This document shows, piece by piece, positions 10,223 to 21,921 of a DNA stretch of 64,000 nt. This DNA comes from Candidatus Binatia bacterium (GTDB lineage: Bacteria > Desulfobacterota > Binatia > Bin18), in NCBI GenBank assembly GCA_963666315.2, contig CAXXHG010000039.1, positions 96,001 through 160,000 of the forward strand, in the 5' to 3' direction. The notes below the pieces were generated by a model. That model made no database searches. It saw nothing but the letters and a program-made list of their open reading frames with translations, and was not told the origin of the DNA. Each line of letters opens with the position of its first letter. Position 1 is the stretch's first letter. The translations under genes were made by a program, and so were the position numbers.

Positions 10223-10486
10223 TTAATGCTCGGTCTGCATGAGTCTCTCGGCAGTACCGCGTGTCACGTCTAGCTGAACTTGGATCAGTCGCCCGTTGTC
10301 TGTCACGGACTGCTGTATAGCTGTACTGATTTGCGCCAGGATGTTCAGCTGACGTGCCATAAGCCGGGTTTCTTGGCGAGTATCTTTTGTTGTCTCGCCT
10401 TGCTCTGCAATGCGCTTGTCCAGTGATTCCAGCTTGCTTTGTAGCGCCGCGAGCTGCTTGTGTAACTTTGTTAGATTTGTTGCCAC
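10223..10486 (-). CDS. Small coiled-coil hypothetical protein
   Basis: GGAGG RBS and a heptad pattern LTKLHKQLAALQSKLESLDKRI. Confidence 0.55.
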   Translation of the reverse strand: MATNLTKLHKQLAALQSKLESLDKRIAEQGETTKDTRQETRLMARQLNILAQISTAIQQSVTDNGRLIQVQLDVTRGTAERLMQTEH

Positions 10487-10555
10487 GGCCGTATGCCTCC
10501 CTCGTGGTTGTGATGAGGGCTACGACTTTTTCACTCCAGAGTCAATAGAAAATCT

Positions 10556-10687
10556 TCACCAACACCACGCACTCATTTTAAGACGTATGAGGTCCTTATA
10601 GATGGGATAGGGAAGAATGACCTCAGTTGGTTTCCCTTGGGCATTCATGACTATTTTGGCCTTGCTGGCAATAGTATCTGCTTGCAT
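10556..10687 (-). pseudogene. 43-aa ORF resembling a truncated type II antitoxin N-terminus
   Basis: MQADTIASKAKIVMNAQGKPTEVILPYPIYKDLIRLK, with a GAGG RBS. The GKP-x-VILP-x3-Y-xx-L pattern recalls Phd-like antitoxins (inference). Confidence 0.35.
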
Positions 10688-10836
10688 AAAACGTTTTCCT
10701 CGTGGCTCGCTTTATGCAGCATCTTCTCCATCATGAGATGGCTCAGGCGAGCAGAGTGATCGAAATTATTGACATTTTCACACGTCCGGGATTGACAGAG
10801 GAAAAGAAGGTCGGGTAAGTACTTCACTTACTTTGT

Positions 10837-10920
10837 GCGAAAGTGGCGGAAATGGCAGACGCGCAGGATTCAGGATCCTGTGGGGTAAAACCCGTGGGGG
10901 TTCAAGTCCCCCCTTTCGCA
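10837..10920 (+). tRNA. tRNA-Leu (anticodon CAG), CCA not encoded
   Basis: Acceptor stem GCGAAAG/CTTTCGC, anticodon arm CAGGA-TTCAGGA-TCCTG, long variable arm, and GGTTCAAGTCC T-loop. Confidence 0.97.
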
Positions 10921-10928
10921 TGAGTCAG

Positions 10929-10962
10929 GGGGCTTTTCTCAATATGAGAGAAGCCCCTTTTT
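10929..10962 (+). terminator. Intrinsic terminator after tRNA-Leu
   Basis: GGGGCTTTTCTC/GAGAGAAGCCCC stem followed by a T5 tract. Confidence 0.85.
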
Positions 10963-11040
10963 GATGTGACTCCCGCTGTGTAAAGCCGTACCCCAATTGC
11001 GCTAGACTGCTTCCTCAAGGAGGCGTCAAGGAGAAGTCTG

Positions 11041-14000
11041 ATGCCCAACGAAGTGGCGGCCCATTACGATCCGGCCGGATTGGAAAAAACAATCGCCCAG
11101 CAGTGGGCGGAGACCAAGCCCTTTGCCGCCACGCCGGACGAGAACGACAGGCGCTATGTGATTATGATGCCGCTGCCCAACGTGACTGGCGCGCTGCATA
11201 TGGGCCACGCCATGGACAACGTGATGCAGGACATGCTGACGCGCTGGCACCGCATGCTGGGTGACAATGCGTTGTGGATGGCGGGGACCGATCATGCCGG
11301 TATAGCGACCCAGGCGGTAGTGGAAAAGCGGCTGTTTGAGCTGGAAGGCAAAACGCGGCGCGACATAGGGCGCGAGGCCCTGGTGGGGCGGATTTGGGAC
11401 TGGAAGGAACAGTATCAGACCCGCATTGTGAGCCAACAGCAGGCCATGGGCTGCTCGTGTGACTGGGACCGGCAGCGCTTTACCATGGATAAGGTTTGCG
11501 AGCGGGCGGTGTATTGGACCTTCTTTCATCTGTTTCGCGACAGTCTGATTTTTCGCGGGACGCGCATGGTCAACTGGGACTGTCATTTGCAAACCGCAGT
11601 AGCGGATGACGAAATTATCTATGAAAGCGTACAGGGCCATTTTTGGCATCTGCGCTATCCGGTGATTGATCCCCAGCCGGGTGAGCTTGAATCCGTTGCG
11701 GTGGCTACAACTCGGCCTGAGACCATGCTGGGCGATACTGCGGTTGCCTGCCACCCCGACCCTCGTGGGGCGCTTGAGGAATTGATCGTTAAAACCAAAG
11801 AACGGCTGTCTCGGGCCAGTCAAAAAGACACAGCTGAGCTTGAAGCGGAAATTGAGCGACTTGAAAAACGGCGTGTAACGCATCTGCCGCAGCTGGAGCA
11901 ATTAACGGCCATGGCCGAGGCGGGTCGTATGGTGCGCTTGCCGCTGCTCGACCGTCCCATTCCCCTCATCTGTGACCAGTGGGCCAAGCCGGGGTTAGGC
12001 AGTGGGTGTGTGAAAATCACACCGGGCCATGACCCCAACGACTACGAGGTGTGGGGCCGGCACCAAGAACAGATCGGCATCATCAATATTCTCAACATAG
12101 ACGGTACGCTGAATGACAACGCCGGGCCGTATCAAGGACTCGACCGTTTTGATGCGCGAGAGAAAGTCGTCGCAGATCTCAAGTCCCAGGGTTTGCTTGA
12201 GGCTATTGAAGACCGTGAGATTGAGATTGGCCACTCCGACCGGTCCAAGACGCGGGTTGAGCCCTATCTGTCGGAGCAGTGGTTCGTGCGGATGGGTGAC
12301 GTAGACGGGGGCGTGATGTGTGGCCGGGGGACGCAGAACGAGTTTGTTGCGCCCGGACTGGCCCAGGCGGCGATTGATGCTGCGCAGGGTGAGTGGCGTT
12401 CGCCGAGTGGAAGAAACGTCTCTTTTCACCCTGATATTCGCTATCGCAATACCTATATCAGCTGGCTCGCTGAGAAGCGCGACTGGTGTATCAGTCGCCA
12501 ACTCTGGTGGGGGCATCGGATTCCCATTTGGTCAGGAAAATTCCAAGGACGGGTCTTACAAGAAAAACTGGCCTGGCTGGCTCCCTATCTGAGTCGCGCA
12601 GACGTTGTCGCCCAGCTCCAGATGGACGAGACAACCGAAGTGCTGCAGCCAGACAGCCTGGAACGGCACATTGCCCACATTGCTCAAATTGACGAGAATG
12701 CCGGCGCTCAAATCCTGGTGTGTTTGCGAGAGCCTGCAATCCAGACGGACACTGCAGGAGAATTTGAAATCGCCGGCTTTGTCCGCGATCCTGACGTCTT
12801 GGATACCTGGTTTTCCAGCGGGCTGTGGCCCCACAGCACGCTGGGCTGGCCCGATCCGGATACGGCCGCAATCGACCCTGGCCAATCGCCATTAGGCAAA
12901 CAAAATGGTGCCGACGACTGTTTGTCGTACTACTATCCGGGCTCGTGCCTGGTTACTGGACGTGACATCATTACGCTGTGGGTGGCGCGCATGGTCTTGA
13001 TGGGCCTGTATAATCTCGGAGATCTGCCGTTCACGGATGTCTTCATCCACGCCACGATTATGGATGGCAAGGGTGAGCGGATGAGTAAGTCGAAAGGCAA
13101 CGGCATCGATCCGGTTGATATCATCGAACGCTATGGCTGCGATGCCATGCGCTATGTGCTGTGTGAGATGCAGACCGGCTCGCAAGATATTCGTCTACCC
13201 ATCCAGGCGATTTCTCCTTTTACCAATAAGCCGGTCGATCTGGCCAAGGCCGAGCATGGCAGCACCATCTTTACCTATCTCTGCCCCGAAAGCGGGAAAG
13301 AGTTTGACGTGCTGGGTACCATGCCGGATGTCCCTGCAGCCAAACTCATCAGTGAACGTTTTGAGGTCGGCCGGCATTTTTGTAACAAGCTGTGGAACGC
13401 CGTCCGCTTCGCCCTGCTCAATCTTGAGCAGACGTCGTTTGTCCCGCGCGCGCCCACAGAGTTGCCGTTTGAAGATCGTTGGATATTATCGCGCCTCACG
13501 CGGGCTATTGCCGAAGTCCAGCATCAGCTTGAGGTCTATAATCCATCGGCTGCGATCTCGACTGCGCGCGATTTCTTTTGGTCTGAACTGTGCGACTGGT
13601 ATTTAGAGATGATTAAGCCGCGCTTGCGTGAGGCGGGCGAAGCGGACAGCGCGAGACAGGTCTTAGCCTTTAGCCTCGACCAGGTGCTCAGGCTCTTTCA
13701 ACCGTTCATCCCGTTCATTACCGACTTCTTATGGCAGCGACTGAGTGAACACGCAGCGCAGCGCGGTATTGACCGACAGCTCCACACGCCGGAATCGATT
13801 GCCCGTGCGCAGTGGCCGCAGGCGAATCCAGGCTGGCAGGATGACGCACTAGAGCAGCGTGTCGGCTTTCTGCAGGAGGTTATTCGCGCCATTCGCGACA
13901 TCCGCAGCCAGTATACCGTGCCTCCTAAGCAACGGGTGCAGGTGCGCATCAAGACCTCGGGTGCAACGCCTGAAATCCTCAACGAGGGGATGTCTCATAT

Positions 14001-14313
14001 CTGTAGCCTGGCTAGTGTAGAGTCGGTCGAAATTGCGCCGGATGCGAAGCGGACGCACGACTCGGCAACCGCAGTGGTCGGTGAAGTCGAGATCTACGTC
14101 CTGGGTGTTATTGATGTGGACAAAGAACGCGTCCGACTGAACGGACAGATCAAAAAGCTGACTGGTCCGCTTGAGGGCGTGCGAAAAAAGCTCGGCAACC
14201 AGAAATTCCTGTCCCGAGCAAAGCCTGAAGTTGTCGAGCGCGAACGAGCCAAGCTAGTGGATATGGAGTCGCAGTTGAGTACGCTAAACGAACACCTGCA
14301 AGAGTTGGGGTAA
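11041..14313 (+). CDS. valS: Valine--tRNA ligase (long form with insertions)
   Basis: PNVTGALHMGH, GTDHAGIATQ, ATTRPETMLGD, DWCISRQLWWGH, DVLDTWFSS, RMSKS and a C-terminal coiled coil. Confidence 0.98.
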   Translation: MPNEVAAHYDPAGLEKTIAQQWAETKPFAATPDENDRRYVIMMPLPNVTGALHMGHAMDNVMQDMLTRWHRMLGDNALWMAGTDHAGIATQAVVEKRLFELEGKTRRDIGREALVGRIWDWKEQYQTRIVSQQQAMGCSCDWDRQRFTMDKVCERAVYWTFFHLFRDSLIFRGTRMVNWDCHLQTAVADDEIIYESVQGHFWHLRYPVIDPQPGELESVAVATTRPETMLGDTAVACHPDPRGALEELIVKTKERLSRASQKDTAELEAEIERLEKRRVTHLPQLEQLTAMAEAGRMVRLPLLDRPIPLICDQWAKPGLGSGCVKITPGHDPNDYEVWGRHQEQIGIINILNIDGTLNDNAGPYQGLDRFDAREKVVADLKSQGLLEAIEDREIEIGHSDRSKTRVEPYLSEQWFVRMGDVDGGVMCGRGTQNEFVAPGLAQAAIDAAQGEWRSPSGRNVSFHPDIRYRNTYISWLAEKRDWCISRQLWWGHRIPIWSGKFQGRVLQEKLAWLAPYLSRADVVAQLQMDETTEVLQPDSLERHIAHIAQIDENAGAQILVCLREPAIQTDTAGEFEIAGFVRDPDVLDTWFSSGLWPHSTLGWPDPDTAAIDPGQSPLGKQNGADDCLSYYYPGSCLVTGRDIITLWVARMVLMGLYNLGDLPFTDVFIHATIMDGKGERMSKSKGNGIDPVDIIERYGCDAMRYVLCEMQTGSQDIRLPIQAISPFTNKPVDLAKAEHGSTIFTYLCPESGKEFDVLGTMPDVPAAKLISERFEVGRHFCNKLWNAVRFALLNLEQTSFVPRAPTELPFEDRWILSRLTRAIAEVQHQLEVYNPSAAISTARDFFWSELCDWYLEMIKPRLREAGEADSARQVLAFSLDQVLRLFQPFIPFITDFLWQRLSEHAAQRGIDRQLHTPESIARAQWPQANPGWQDDALEQRVGFLQEVIRAIRDIRSQYTVPPKQRVQVRIKTSGATPEILNEGMSHICSLASVESVEIAPDAKRTHDSATAVVGEVEIYVLGVIDVDKERVRLNGQIKKLTGPLEGVRKKLGNQKFLSRAKPEVVERERAKLVDMESQLSTLNEHLQELG

Positions 14314-14337
14314 CACGGAGCATCCACGCCGAGAGGC

Positions 14338-14366
14338 GAGATTCTTCGTTTCACTCAGAATGACAG
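14338..14366. repeat. REP-like dispersed repeat; inverted copy at 54191-54219 (27/29 identical)
   Basis: GAGATTCTTCGTTTCACTCAGAATGACAG versus CTGTCATTCTGAGGGAAGCGAAGAATCTC. Confidence 0.75.
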
Positions 14367-14485
14367 AACCGGGGGCCGCTGGATATTCGGATAGGCACTA
14401 AATCCCTATCTTCCAGTCCCTAACCCCCAACCCCTAGTCTCTAGAGCCTTGTCCCCGCGTAGCTGGGTGTATACAGTCCTAAGCC

Positions 14486-15355
14486 ATGCACCCGTTTGAC
14501 CATCCGGCTATTGCACGGCTGATTACGCTCGCTCTGGAAGAAGATATCGGCCGTGGGGATGCCACGACCTTGGCGACGATCCCGCCAGATCAGACCGCGC
14601 GAGGCAAAATAACAGCCAAAGCGGATGTCACGATTGCAGGCCTACCGTTGATCCTCATGGTCTTGCAGCAAGTCGATCACACCGCAGGCGTGCGACTGTT
14701 AGTGGCGGAGGGCGACCGGGTCTCACAAGGCGAGGTGGTTGTCGAGCTGTGGGGTGTGGCGACTGGCTTGTTAGCTGCCGAACGGCCCCTGCTTAATTTT
14801 CTGCAGCACTTGTCTGGAGTTGCGACACTGACCCGGCAGTTCGTTGAGGCCGTGGCAGGGACGAATTGCGACATTACCGACACCCGAAAAACGCTGCCCG
14901 GTTTCCGCCTGCTTGATAAATATGCGGTCGGCAAGGGAGGGGGGAAAAACCACCGGCTCGGGCTCGATGACGGCGTATTAATTAAAGACAATCATATTGC
15001 CGTGTGTGGCGGCGTTGGGGCCGCTGTGCGCCAGGCACGCAGCCAGGCTTCACCCTGGTTGCGGATCGAAGTCGAATGTACAACGCTTGAAGAGGTGCAC
15101 GAGGCGCTCGATGCTCAGGCGGATATTATTTTGCTAGATAATATGACCACCGCCCTGATGGGTGAGGCGGTGGAATATCTCAATAACCGTACCTTGGTTG
15201 AAGCCTCAGGCAATATGTCTCTTGATCGCGTTCGTGAAGTGGCTGAAACCGGCGTGGATTTTATCTCAGTCGGCGCGCTGACCCACTCGGCTCCGGCGGC
15301 AGATTTGAGTATGGCGGTGACCTGCGAAGCAGTGGCCTGTAAGGAGTCGCGCTAA
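14486..15355 (+). CDS. nadC: Nicotinate-nucleotide diphosphorylase (quinolinate phosphoribosyltransferase)
   Basis: EDIGRGD, DTRKTLPG, LIKDNH, IILLDNM, EASG and ISVGALTHS. Confidence 0.97.
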   Translation: MHPFDHPAIARLITLALEEDIGRGDATTLATIPPDQTARGKITAKADVTIAGLPLILMVLQQVDHTAGVRLLVAEGDRVSQGEVVVELWGVATGLLAAERPLLNFLQHLSGVATLTRQFVEAVAGTNCDITDTRKTLPGFRLLDKYAVGKGGGKNHRLGLDDGVLIKDNHIAVCGGVGAAVRQARSQASPWLRIEVECTTLEEVHEALDAQADIILLDNMTTALMGEAVEYLNNRTLVEASGNMSLDRVREVAETGVDFISVGALTHSAPAADLSMAVTCEAVACKESR

Positions 15356-15372
15356 GCCCGGAGTCCTAGACC

Positions 15373-16236
15373 ATGGATGACGTTTCTGAGCAAGGTTTTG
15401 GTGCTGCCCTTACGTCTCAACTCTCTACCCGTTTCCTTGGTCGGCCCCTTCATTTTTTCGACTCGATAGACTCGACGAATACGTATGCCTCTTGCTTAGC
15501 TCGGGCTGGGGCTGCTGAGGGCACGATTGTTATTGCTGATACCCAAACCGCGGGAAAAGGGCGCTTAGGCCGGTACTGGGTTTCACCACCCGGGGTGAAT
15601 CTCTATCTTTCGGTCATTCTTCGACCGTCAAAATCTGCTGCTTCTGCCCCGCAGTTAAGCTTGCTGGCCGCGGTAGCTGTCGCCGAGACGATTGCCCAGC
15701 ACATTCAACTGTCTCCGGCCATAAAATGGCCGAACGATGTCTTGGTCTCTGGGAAAAAGGTGTGTGGCATTCTGACCGAGATGCAGACCAAAGCGCGCGG
15801 CCTTCAGGCCGTCATTCTCGGCATAGGCGTTAATATTAATGCGCCGCTTTCGGCTTTTCCTGAAGAGTTGCGGGTGAAGGCTGCTTCGCTGCTTGGCGTC
15901 AACGGACAGCTGATCGATCGGGTTGCATTTACCGCACATTTGCTGACCCGCCTTGAGAAATTGTACGTTCTGTGGCTAGAAGGAGGATTCCCGGTCGTAC
16001 GATCAGCCTGGGAAGGCTATGCGGCAGATTTGCTGGGCAAGCCGATTGTGATTGCCGCTCCTGAAGGGACGATAGCGGGCACCGCGCTTGGTATTGACCA
16101 GGACGGAGCGCTCCTTGTCCAACTTGTCCGAGAAGGGCAAGAAGAGCAGGCTGGGCAGCCTGGTGCTATTCGTCGGGTGCTCGCCGGAGATGTGACCGTA
16201 GTCGGTGGCTATCGAAAGACTGACGGGATGAACTGA
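15373..16236 (+). CDS. birA: Biotin--[acetyl-CoA carboxylase] ligase lacking the N-terminal HTH
   Basis: [24 protein letters not shown] and KKVCGIL. Confidence 0.95.
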   Translation: MDDVSEQGFGAALTSQLSTRFLGRPLHFFDSIDSTNTYASCLARAGAAEGTIVIADTQTAGKGRLGRYWVSPPGVNLYLSVILRPSKSAASAPQLSLLAAVAVAETIAQHIQLSPAIKWPNDVLVSGKKVCGILTEMQTKARGLQAVILGIGVNINAPLSAFPEELRVKAASLLGVNGQLIDRVAFTAHLLTRLEKLYVLWLEGGFPVVRSAWEGYAADLLGKPIVIAAPEGTIAGTALGIDQDGALLVQLVREGQEEQAGQPGAIRRVLAGDVTVVGGYRKTDGMN

Positions 16237-16243
16237 GACACGC

Positions 16244-17008
16244 ATGATACTCGCCGTTGACGTGGGCAATACGCATACAGTCGCCGGTCTCTACCAAGGC
16301 AAGACCCTCGCCTACCACTGGCGGTTTCTGACTGAGGCCGAGCGGACGGCGGATGAGTACGGGGTATTGCTGCAGAGCCTGTTTGCTTCGTGTGAACTGA
16401 GCCTGTCGTGTGTTGATGGCATCGTGGTGTCCAGCGTTGTTCCCCCAATGTTGAAAACGGTTGAGGAACTCGCGCAGAAATACTTTCATATTGTCCCTCT
16501 GATCGTTGGACCGGGCGTAAAGACCGGCATGCCGATTCTGTACGATAATCCAAGTGAAGTGGGGGCGGACCGCATTGTCAACGCGGTGGCGGCATACGAA
16601 CGCTACCAGAGAGCCACCATTGTTGTCGATTTCGGTACGGCCACAACGTTTGATTATATAACCCAGGCTGGGGAATATCTGGGTGGGGCCATCGTCCCGG
16701 GAGTGGGGATCTCCTTGGACGCGCTCTTTCACAAAACCGCCAAACTGTATCGGGTTGAGCTGGTTAGACCACCCAAGGTCATTGGGCGGAATACGGTCAA
16801 CGCGATCCAATCCGGGATTTTTTACGGCTATACCGCCCTCGTGGATGGGATGGTTGAGCGCATTCGAAAGGAAAACGATGCCCAGGCACGGGTCATTGCC
16901 ACAGGCGGATTTGCCCAGCTCATTGCCGCGGATTCCCGGACGATTGAAGAGGTGGATGAGTTCGTGACGCTTGAGGGACTGCGTATTCTGTATGAACGGA
17001 ATCATTAA
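16244..17008 (+). CDS. coaX: Type III pantothenate kinase
   Basis: [22 protein letters not shown] and ATGG. Confidence 0.96.
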   Translation: MILAVDVGNTHTVAGLYQGKTLAYHWRFLTEAERTADEYGVLLQSLFASCELSLSCVDGIVVSSVVPPMLKTVEELAQKYFHIVPLIVGPGVKTGMPILYDNPSEVGADRIVNAVAAYERYQRATIVVDFGTATTFDYITQAGEYLGGAIVPGVGISLDALFHKTAKLYRVELVRPPKVIGRNTVNAIQSGIFYGYTALVDGMVERIRKENDAQARVIATGGFAQLIAADSRTIEEVDEFVTLEGLRILYERNH

Positions 17009-17099
17009 AAGAAGAATCTGAAGGCACGGCGCTGTCTAGTACAGTAATTGCGTAATGATTGCCCCATGATTGCACCGCGCTGGCAATAAGGAGGGAAAC

Positions 17100-19185
17100 A
17101 TGGCCGTCGGGGATATGAGCCGGATACGAACCGTTGGACTGCTGGGCGAGGGTGGCGCCGGGAAGACGACGTTGGGCGAAGCGCTCCTCTATGCTGCCGG
17201 TGCAACAACTCGTCAGGGACGCGTAGACGATGAAAGCTCAGTGCTCGATTTTGAGCCCGAAGAGATGCGGCGGAAAGCAACACTGTCAACCGCATTTCAT
17301 ACCCTCGGGTGGAAAAAACACGATATCTGCCTGGTTGACCCGCCTGGATATGCCAATTTTCTGCCGGACACACGCTATGCCATGGAGGCCATGAGTGCTG
17401 CAATTTTTGTGGCCAGTCCGACCGGCCATCTCAAAGTTGAGGGGGAGCGGTTGTGGAACTGGGCCAAAGATATGAGCATCGCTCGTATCGTTGTGTTTGT
17501 CCAAGATGGATCGTGAGGAAGGTGAATTCGGCCAGGCCATAGCCGCGTTGGGCAGTACCCTTGAAACGACGCTCGTGCCGATTCAGATTCCTATTGGAGC
17601 GCAGGCTGATTTCCGTGGCGTGGTAGACCTGCTCACCATGAAAGCATTGATATTTGAAGGGGATAACGGCGCAGTCACAACCGAAGATATTCCTAGCGAG
17701 GTGCAAGGCCAGGCGGATGAATATCGTGAAAAGCTGCTTGAGGCCGTGGTAGAGACCAATGACGACTTGCTGACACGCTACCTGGAGGGCGAGGAACTCA
17801 GCACAGACGAGATTACCCAGGCCTTGCGTGAGGCGGTTGCCTTAGTTCAAATCTTTCCCGTTCTGTGTGTATCCGGGGGGCAAGCCTTAGGCGTGCAGCC
17901 CGTGTTGGATGCGGTTATCACCCTCTTGCCCTCCCCAGCCGCACGTGCGCCTGTGACGGGGACCAACCCGAAAACCCAGGAAGGAGTCGTATGCGCGCCC
18001 GACCCGGATGCCGCGTTTTCCGCCCGCGTGTTCAAAACTTTGGATTCCCCGACAGGCAAACTGTCGATGTTATGTGTAGTCTCGGGCCATATCGACAGCG
18101 ACTCGGTTGTGTACAACCCGACGCGTGACAAAAAAGAGCGTCTTGGCCAGCTTTTTCATCTCGAAGGGAAAAAGCAAAACCCTGTAGCAACCGCGTTGCC
18201 TGGAGATATTATCGGCGTCGCCAAGCTCAAAGAGACGCATACCGGCGACACGCTGTGCGCTGAAAAAAATCCGGTCGTCCTTCCTCCGCTCGTTGACTTT
18301 CATCCGGTTATCTCGTTTGCCCTTGAGTTGAAAGCGCGCGGAGACGAGGAAAAAATTATGACCTCGCTGGACCGTCTCACCGAAGAAGACCCGGCGCTTC
18401 ATATAGACCGCGATCAGCAGTCCAATGAAATCTTGATTTCCGGTGCAGGCCAACTCCATATTGAAGTGGTGGTCGAAAGACTTAAGCGGAAATACGGAGT
18501 TGAAGTCGAACTCAAAGCCCCGAAGGTCCCGTATCGCGAAACCATTACCATTAAGACCGAGGCCCGAGGACGGCTGAAGAAGCAGTCGGGCGGACGCGGA
18601 CAATTTGGCGACACGTGGCTCCGCGTCGTGCCTTTACCGCGCGGCAAAGGCTTTGAATTTATTAATAAAATTAAAGGTGGCGCGGTCCCCAGGCAGTATA
18701 TCCCGTCGGTTGAAAAAGGGGTCGTTGATGCCCTCGGTAAAGGCTTTTTGGCCGGGTACCCAATTGTCGATGTTGAGGTCGCTCTGTATGACGGGTCCTA
18801 TCACGATGTGGACTCGTCTGACATGGCTTTTCAGATTGCCGGGTCTATCGGGATCCAGAATGCAATGGAAAAGGCCAAGCCTGTTCTGCTCGAACCTATT
18901 ATGCATTTGGATATCACTGTGCCCGAACAGTATACGGGCGATATCACCGGCGATGTCAATCGCCGGCGCGGACGGCTGGTCAGTGTCGATGCCAAGGGCC
19001 ATAATCAGATCATCAAAGCCTCTATTCCTATGGCTGAGATTATGTCGTATGCGCCTGATTTGCGATCTATGACCAGTGGGCGCGGGACGTTTGAGACCGG
19101 ATTCTCGCATTATGACCAGGTGCCGCAGCATTTGACGGAGAAAATTATCCAAGAAGTGAAGCAAGCGCGGGAGGAACACAGCTAA
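17100..19185 (+). pseudogene. fusA: Elongation factor G paralog (EF-G2 type), split by +1 frameshift at about 17491
   Basis: GEGGAGKTT, DPPGYANF and SKMDRE, plus KQSGGRGQFG and DGSYHDVDSS. Removing one T from GTTGTG gives IVCLSKMDRE in a single frame. Confidence 0.88.
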
Positions 19186-19307
19186 GTGCAGGCTGAACGG
19201 TTTGTTTTCAGAGCGCCGTATGAAACCGTAAGACCGTAGAGACGTTGACAACCTGAGTCGGGTTGTACTAGAGTCCTCTTTTGGCTTTATTTTCAGGAGG
19301 GCTGCTT

Positions 19308-19538
19308 ATGGATGCAAGAGAAGATGCACTGATCCGTTCCCTACTCGACACGGAGCCTGAGCTTCGTCGCCATTATGAGGAGCATACTCAGCTTAAAGAA
19401 CGTCTCCAAGAACTCAGACAAAAGCCTTTCCTGACTGAAGAAGAAGAGAGAGAAGAAAAAACAATCCAAAAACAGAAACTGGCCGGCAAAGACAGGATGA
19501 TGGAAATCCTGTCTCGCCATAAACAGCAAGCGGCATAA
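19308..19538 (+). CDS. DUF465/YdcH-like small coiled-coil protein
   Basis: GGAGG RBS, YEEH..L and KQKLAGKDRM pattern, in its usual position upstream of ilv genes. Confidence 0.8.
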   Translation: MDAREDALIRSLLDTEPELRRHYEEHTQLKERLQELRQKPFLTEEEEREEKTIQKQKLAGKDRMMEILSRHKQQAA

Positions 19539-19649
19539 CGGAGAGCAAACTCACCTGCTTCTCCTGCTATCCTGAGTCGAGACGCAGTCTGCCGACACTG
19601 GTCTGGTGCGGCACCGGCTCGTCGGACTCTATTCAGAACGACAGCATAC

Positions 19650-21217
<1,568 letters not shown>

Positions 21218-21261
21218 TTGAGGGATTAGGGGTTGGGGGATAGGGACTGGTAGTATTCGCA

Positions 21262-21921
21262 ATGCATTTCGCACGTGAGGGATATGGATGGATCTCCGGA
21301 CTGGGTGCCCTATCCCTCATACTCGGTCTCTTAGATTGGCAACCCTTTGGTTGGCTGATTTTCGGGCTGACCCTGTTTGTTGCCTTTTTCTTTCGCGACC
21401 CTGACCGCGCTATTCCCGATGACGAACGCTTTATTGTTGCACCGGCGGATGGACGTGTTATCACTATCGAACAGAACGCCCAGGGCAAATATTTCTCTGA
21501 GCAACCGTCCTCTCGCGTAGGTATTTTCCTGTCTCCGCTCGACGTCCACGTGAATCGTGTCCCGATCTCCGGCCAGGTGACGCAAATCCAGTATCAAGCC
21601 GGGAAATTCCATGCGGCGTTTGCGTCTGATGCAGCGGAGGTAAACGAGCAAAATGCAGTGATGTTACAGGATGCTCAGGGCCGACACTTCATCGTGGTTC
21701 AAATCGCGGGTATGCTGGCCAGGCGTATTGTGTGCCGACTCAAAGATGGTGAGCAGGTTCAGCAGGGTGATCGGTATGGCATGATTATGTTAGGCTCCCG
21801 GGTTGATCTGTACTGTCCAGCAGAGGTGGAATTAAAGGTTGAAGTAGGCCAACGGGTGAAGGCTGGTGAGACGATCATCGGCGAGTACCGCAGCGCCACT
21901 AAAAGCTTCGTGTCGTCATGA
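21262..21921 (+). CDS. psd: Phosphatidylserine decarboxylase proenzyme
   Basis: FFRDPDR, APADG, DVHVNRVP and the LGSRVD cleavage motif. Confidence 0.95.
   Translation: MHFAREGYGWISGLGALSLILGLLDWQPFGWLIFGLTLFVAFFFRDPDRAIPDDERFIVAPADGRVITIEQNAQGKYFSEQPSSRVGIFLSPLDVHVNRVPISGQVTQIQYQAGKFHAAFASDAAEVNEQNAVMLQDAQGRHFIVVQIAGMLARRIVCRLKDGEQVQQGDRYGMIMLGSRVDLYCPAEVELKVEVGQRVKAGETIIGEYRSATKSFVSS

Noticed and set aside
10076-10273. ORFs overlapping tRNA sequence (also 36040..36294)
   Set aside because: These are chance translations of tRNA sequence.
11026-11901. Long antisense ORFs over core genes (also 16166..17005, 19877..20602, 24627..25361, 43580..44449)
   Set aside because: These are shadow frames typical of GC-rich coding DNA, with no motifs or RBS.
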